Shown piece by piece: positions 61,293 to 64,000 of a stretch of 64,000 bases of DNA. The notes under the pieces were generated by a model, which saw only the letters and a program-made list of their open reading frames with translations, was not told where the DNA came from and ran no database searches. The stretch covers positions 19,840,001 to 19,904,000 of the forward strand of contig OZ365115.1 of assembly GCA_977030845.1 (NCBI GenBank), written 5' to 3'. The DNA is from Fimbriosthenelais zetlandica. Lineage: Eukaryota. The position numbers and the translations under genes were made by a program. Position 1 is the stretch's first letter. The number at the start of each line of letters is the position of its first letter.

Positions 61293-62264
61293 TAGTTAGG
61301 AAGAACTTTAAGAGAGCGAGCAGGGGGAGGAATGATGACTGTCGTTGCCAACGCAGACATTCCAGAACTCTCTCTTATGACATTGAAATCCTCTGATAAT
61401 CTTGAAAGAAAGTGTGGACGGACCTGTTTGGTAAAGGCTGTTGCAACTTAATATCAGGCGACAACGAATATGAATTCAACAATTTTACACAATTCCCCGC
61501 ATCCATGAACAATTCATCAGGCTCAACAGGTTTTTTCTTCAGATAAACTCCTGCCCTGCTATATTGTAGATGCCATTCTATACTGATACAGGTCTATAGA
61601 TAAAAAACTGAAGAGCATTTTTTTTAAACCATACTTTTTCACAAAAGAGCTTGACAAGGACCAATCAGGACACGCGTGACAAACACAGCACGGTGTCGGT
61701 TCCGTTCCCCAGCCTGCTGGTTCTTGCCACCTGACATATGTGGCCGGATGTGATTGGTTGGGGAGGTTGACTGCCCCTGGGCCAGCCCCTGTCTCTGCTG
61801 CCAATTGGCCGTCATCGAGCACTTTAGCTTTTGATGGATTAAAGCATCAAGCAATGGTTCTTTGCTGATGGAATTTTCAATGGCCTTTCACAGACCATAC
61901 ATGTACAATGTTACAGAGTCATGGAATGCCCTGGCTGGATGAGATCATGACTGTTGTAGATCAGGAGGTGCGTTGGGTGGGTGGGTAGGTGGGTGTTGGC
62001 ATGCTACAGCTGAAGGGATTAGGTCAAGGATAGGGTTGATGGGTTTGTAGCAAGGGATTTTTTCAGAGCTATAGATGAGTGGGTGGATGTATTACACGTG
62101 GGGAAGTGTGGGTGGATTGGTTGGGGGGGGGGGGGGGGTTATTAATGGTTTTCATCTGCAGCATCTAGAGAGGTACAAAAACAACTTTATCATCGTATCT
62201 GAAAAATAATTGGGAGATTCACATACCTTTCTGTGTCATCCAGAATGTACAAACGTGGGATTTT

Positions 62265-62314
62265 GAGCCTGTTTCAAAATGAATATTAGCCATAGACTTC
62301 GCATTGCTAATATC
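62265..62314 (-). mobile_element. Mini-MITE family F, copy F5 (reverse)
   Basis: GAGCCTGTTTCAAAATGAATATTAGCCATAGACTTCGCATTGCTAATATC is the reverse complement of the F consensus. Confidence 0.75.
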
Positions 62315-62933
62315 CAGGTCCAGACTACTGTTTCCTTATAGGATCCCCACTGTGTCCCTAGGGGTAATTTCTCTGGGGATTTCCCCCCTGTTAGAAGCCA
62401 GTGATAAATCGTTCGCACCCATCAAAGGGCAGGGTAGGCATTTAAGAACGATAACTTAATGGGATAGGAAGGAAATCAATTGGGCAAATTAATTACAGGC
62501 TCATTTGATTACTCACTGCAGGGTGGGACAGCCCCAGGTGTACGAATTATTCATAACGACACATATGACAAATGTGTCGACATAAAATGAAGCAACTTTC
62601 TATTCTTTCCTTTAAAATATAGGCTATTTAATCCAAACGGGTAAAAGTGTCCTTGGAGGAATAAAAAAAAATAAACCATGCAGGTGCCCAATTTCTCAGG
62701 GATTGCTAAAGAATGGTTATAGGATGGCGTAAAATACAGGGATCACAGAAGGTCTCTCTTTCTCTTCCATTTGTACTAATGAATAAAATATAAGATCATG
62801 AACAGGGAATGCATGGTTGTGCATGATCTCGTGAAGCAGCAATTTGATCACGAAAATGCATGGCAGTAAAGGTATATTTGGGTAAAGGGATGGCCGTGAT
62901 GAATAAAGTATTACATGGCCATCCAGGATCCTT

Positions 62934-63232
62934 AAGCCTGGACTCAACTGCTGCGATTTGGCTAGCGACACTACTGCGACAAAGGTGATGCTTGCATCGC
63001 AAGGAAATAGTGGATTTCCACACGAGTTGACCATACAGCCGTTGTCAAGCTGTTACGTAACTTACCTGACTAGCAAAGTTTCTTGGTCAAGGTTGTACAA
63101 ATGGCATATTAAGAAATTGTGTATCCAATGCCTTCAGGCCTTCCACCACTGGTACATTTCTCTATGCAACACAACTATCACCTTTGTCGCAGTTGTGTAA
63201 CAAGCAAAATCGCAGAAGTGGAGTCCCGGCTT
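62934..63232 (+). mobile_element. MITE family A, copy A7, with ~100-bp internal insertion
   Basis: AAGCCTGGACTCAACTGCTGCGATTTGGCTAGCGACACTACTGCGACAAAGGTGAT ... ATCACCTTTGTCGCAGTTGTG.AACAAGCAAAATCGCAGAAGTGGAGTCCCGGCTT|TA. Confidence 0.9.
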
Positions 63233-63564
63233 TAGTTATATTACACCAAGATTATTAGACTGTTTCCAGCATTTTTCATGGGATAAAAATATGCGAGCCG
63301 TAATGAGATAATACCTAGAATTAGGAGGATCTCTTGTGTAACAACCCGTGATATCTGACTGCTTCTGACATTACGTCATCCATCACGTTTTATTGACCCG
63401 CTCCTTGTCAAGACGTGACGGATGGTAAGTGGCGGCCGGTAGCTGGCAATCAATGATCAAGATCCAAAATGATTTCATTCTCAATTGCACAATTATACTA
63501 TTAAATAACCTACCTTCGTGCTCAGATCATGATATGGGGGTGGTGGTAGTCCAAGGCATTTGTA

Positions 63565-63717
63565 GTGTCCAATGGAAATACCTAGTAAGTCACATTCTGC
63601 AAAAAAAAAAATGAGTTAAGGTGCCTAGCTAAATAGAAGCCATTTGGAGTTGGACATTTTAACCGGTTTTTCTCAGGATTACAAAAATATGACTTACTAG
63701 GTATTTCCATTGGACGC
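63565..63717 (+). mobile_element. MITE family E, copy E2 (internally deleted)
   Basis: TA|GTGTCCAATGGAAATACCTAGTAAGTCACAT ... ATATGACTTACTAGGTATTTCCATTGGACGC|TA; 153 bp versus 250 bp for E1. Confidence 0.9.
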
Positions 63718-64000
63718 TAGATTTGCACAGTGGTAGCCACTTGATACCTCTTTCAGTTTGTTACTATGATACATTTCTAGTCATACATGATTCTATAAGA
63801 CCCAATTTCGTTAGAATCTAGATTATATCGACTATAATAGTGTCTTAGCTTATCCTACCATATATTGTTCAGTACACAAATGTGAATGACATCCTCATAT
63901 AATTCCACTCAAAAAGTAATTCGGCCCATCTCAACGAGGGGGTGCCACATGCATGACTTGCATGCAGCTGCTGTGAAAGGACATATATGCCAGACTATGG

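Noticed and set aside
61559-61854. GC-richer segment with two minus-strand ORFs and CCAAT boxes
   Set aside because: No consistent splice sites or recognisable peptide; CCAAT motifs alone are too common to call a promoter.

Overview
This looks like AT-rich animal nuclear DNA, almost all intronic or intergenic. The repeat style suggests a marine invertebrate such as an echinoderm or hemichordate, but that is weak inference. No ORF in the supplied track (60-135 aa) encodes a recognisable protein, and many are by-products of palindromic repeats. I found no rRNA, intact tRNA, CRISPR array or transposase/RT gene. What the sequence supports well is a dense set of non-autonomous DNA transposons, about 30 copies or fragments in at least 8 families identified by inverted repeats and repeated copies. 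It also has two tRNA-derived SINE-like heads, several tandem arrays, a satellite-bearing Helentron-like element and a CpG-rich promoter-like segment near 7.8 kb. A few candidate exons exist; the best are a minus-strand ATG exon at 2436-2391 and a plus-strand acidic ATG exon at 32792-32983. I cannot claim a new biological system. The best leads are the shared termini and unresolved target-site rule of MITE families A/B/C, a CAGGG-ended MITE with a 6-bp TSD, a ~70-bp nested-hairpin mini-MITE and a possible small orphan gene. All alignments were done by eye, so degenerate ends may be off by several bases.
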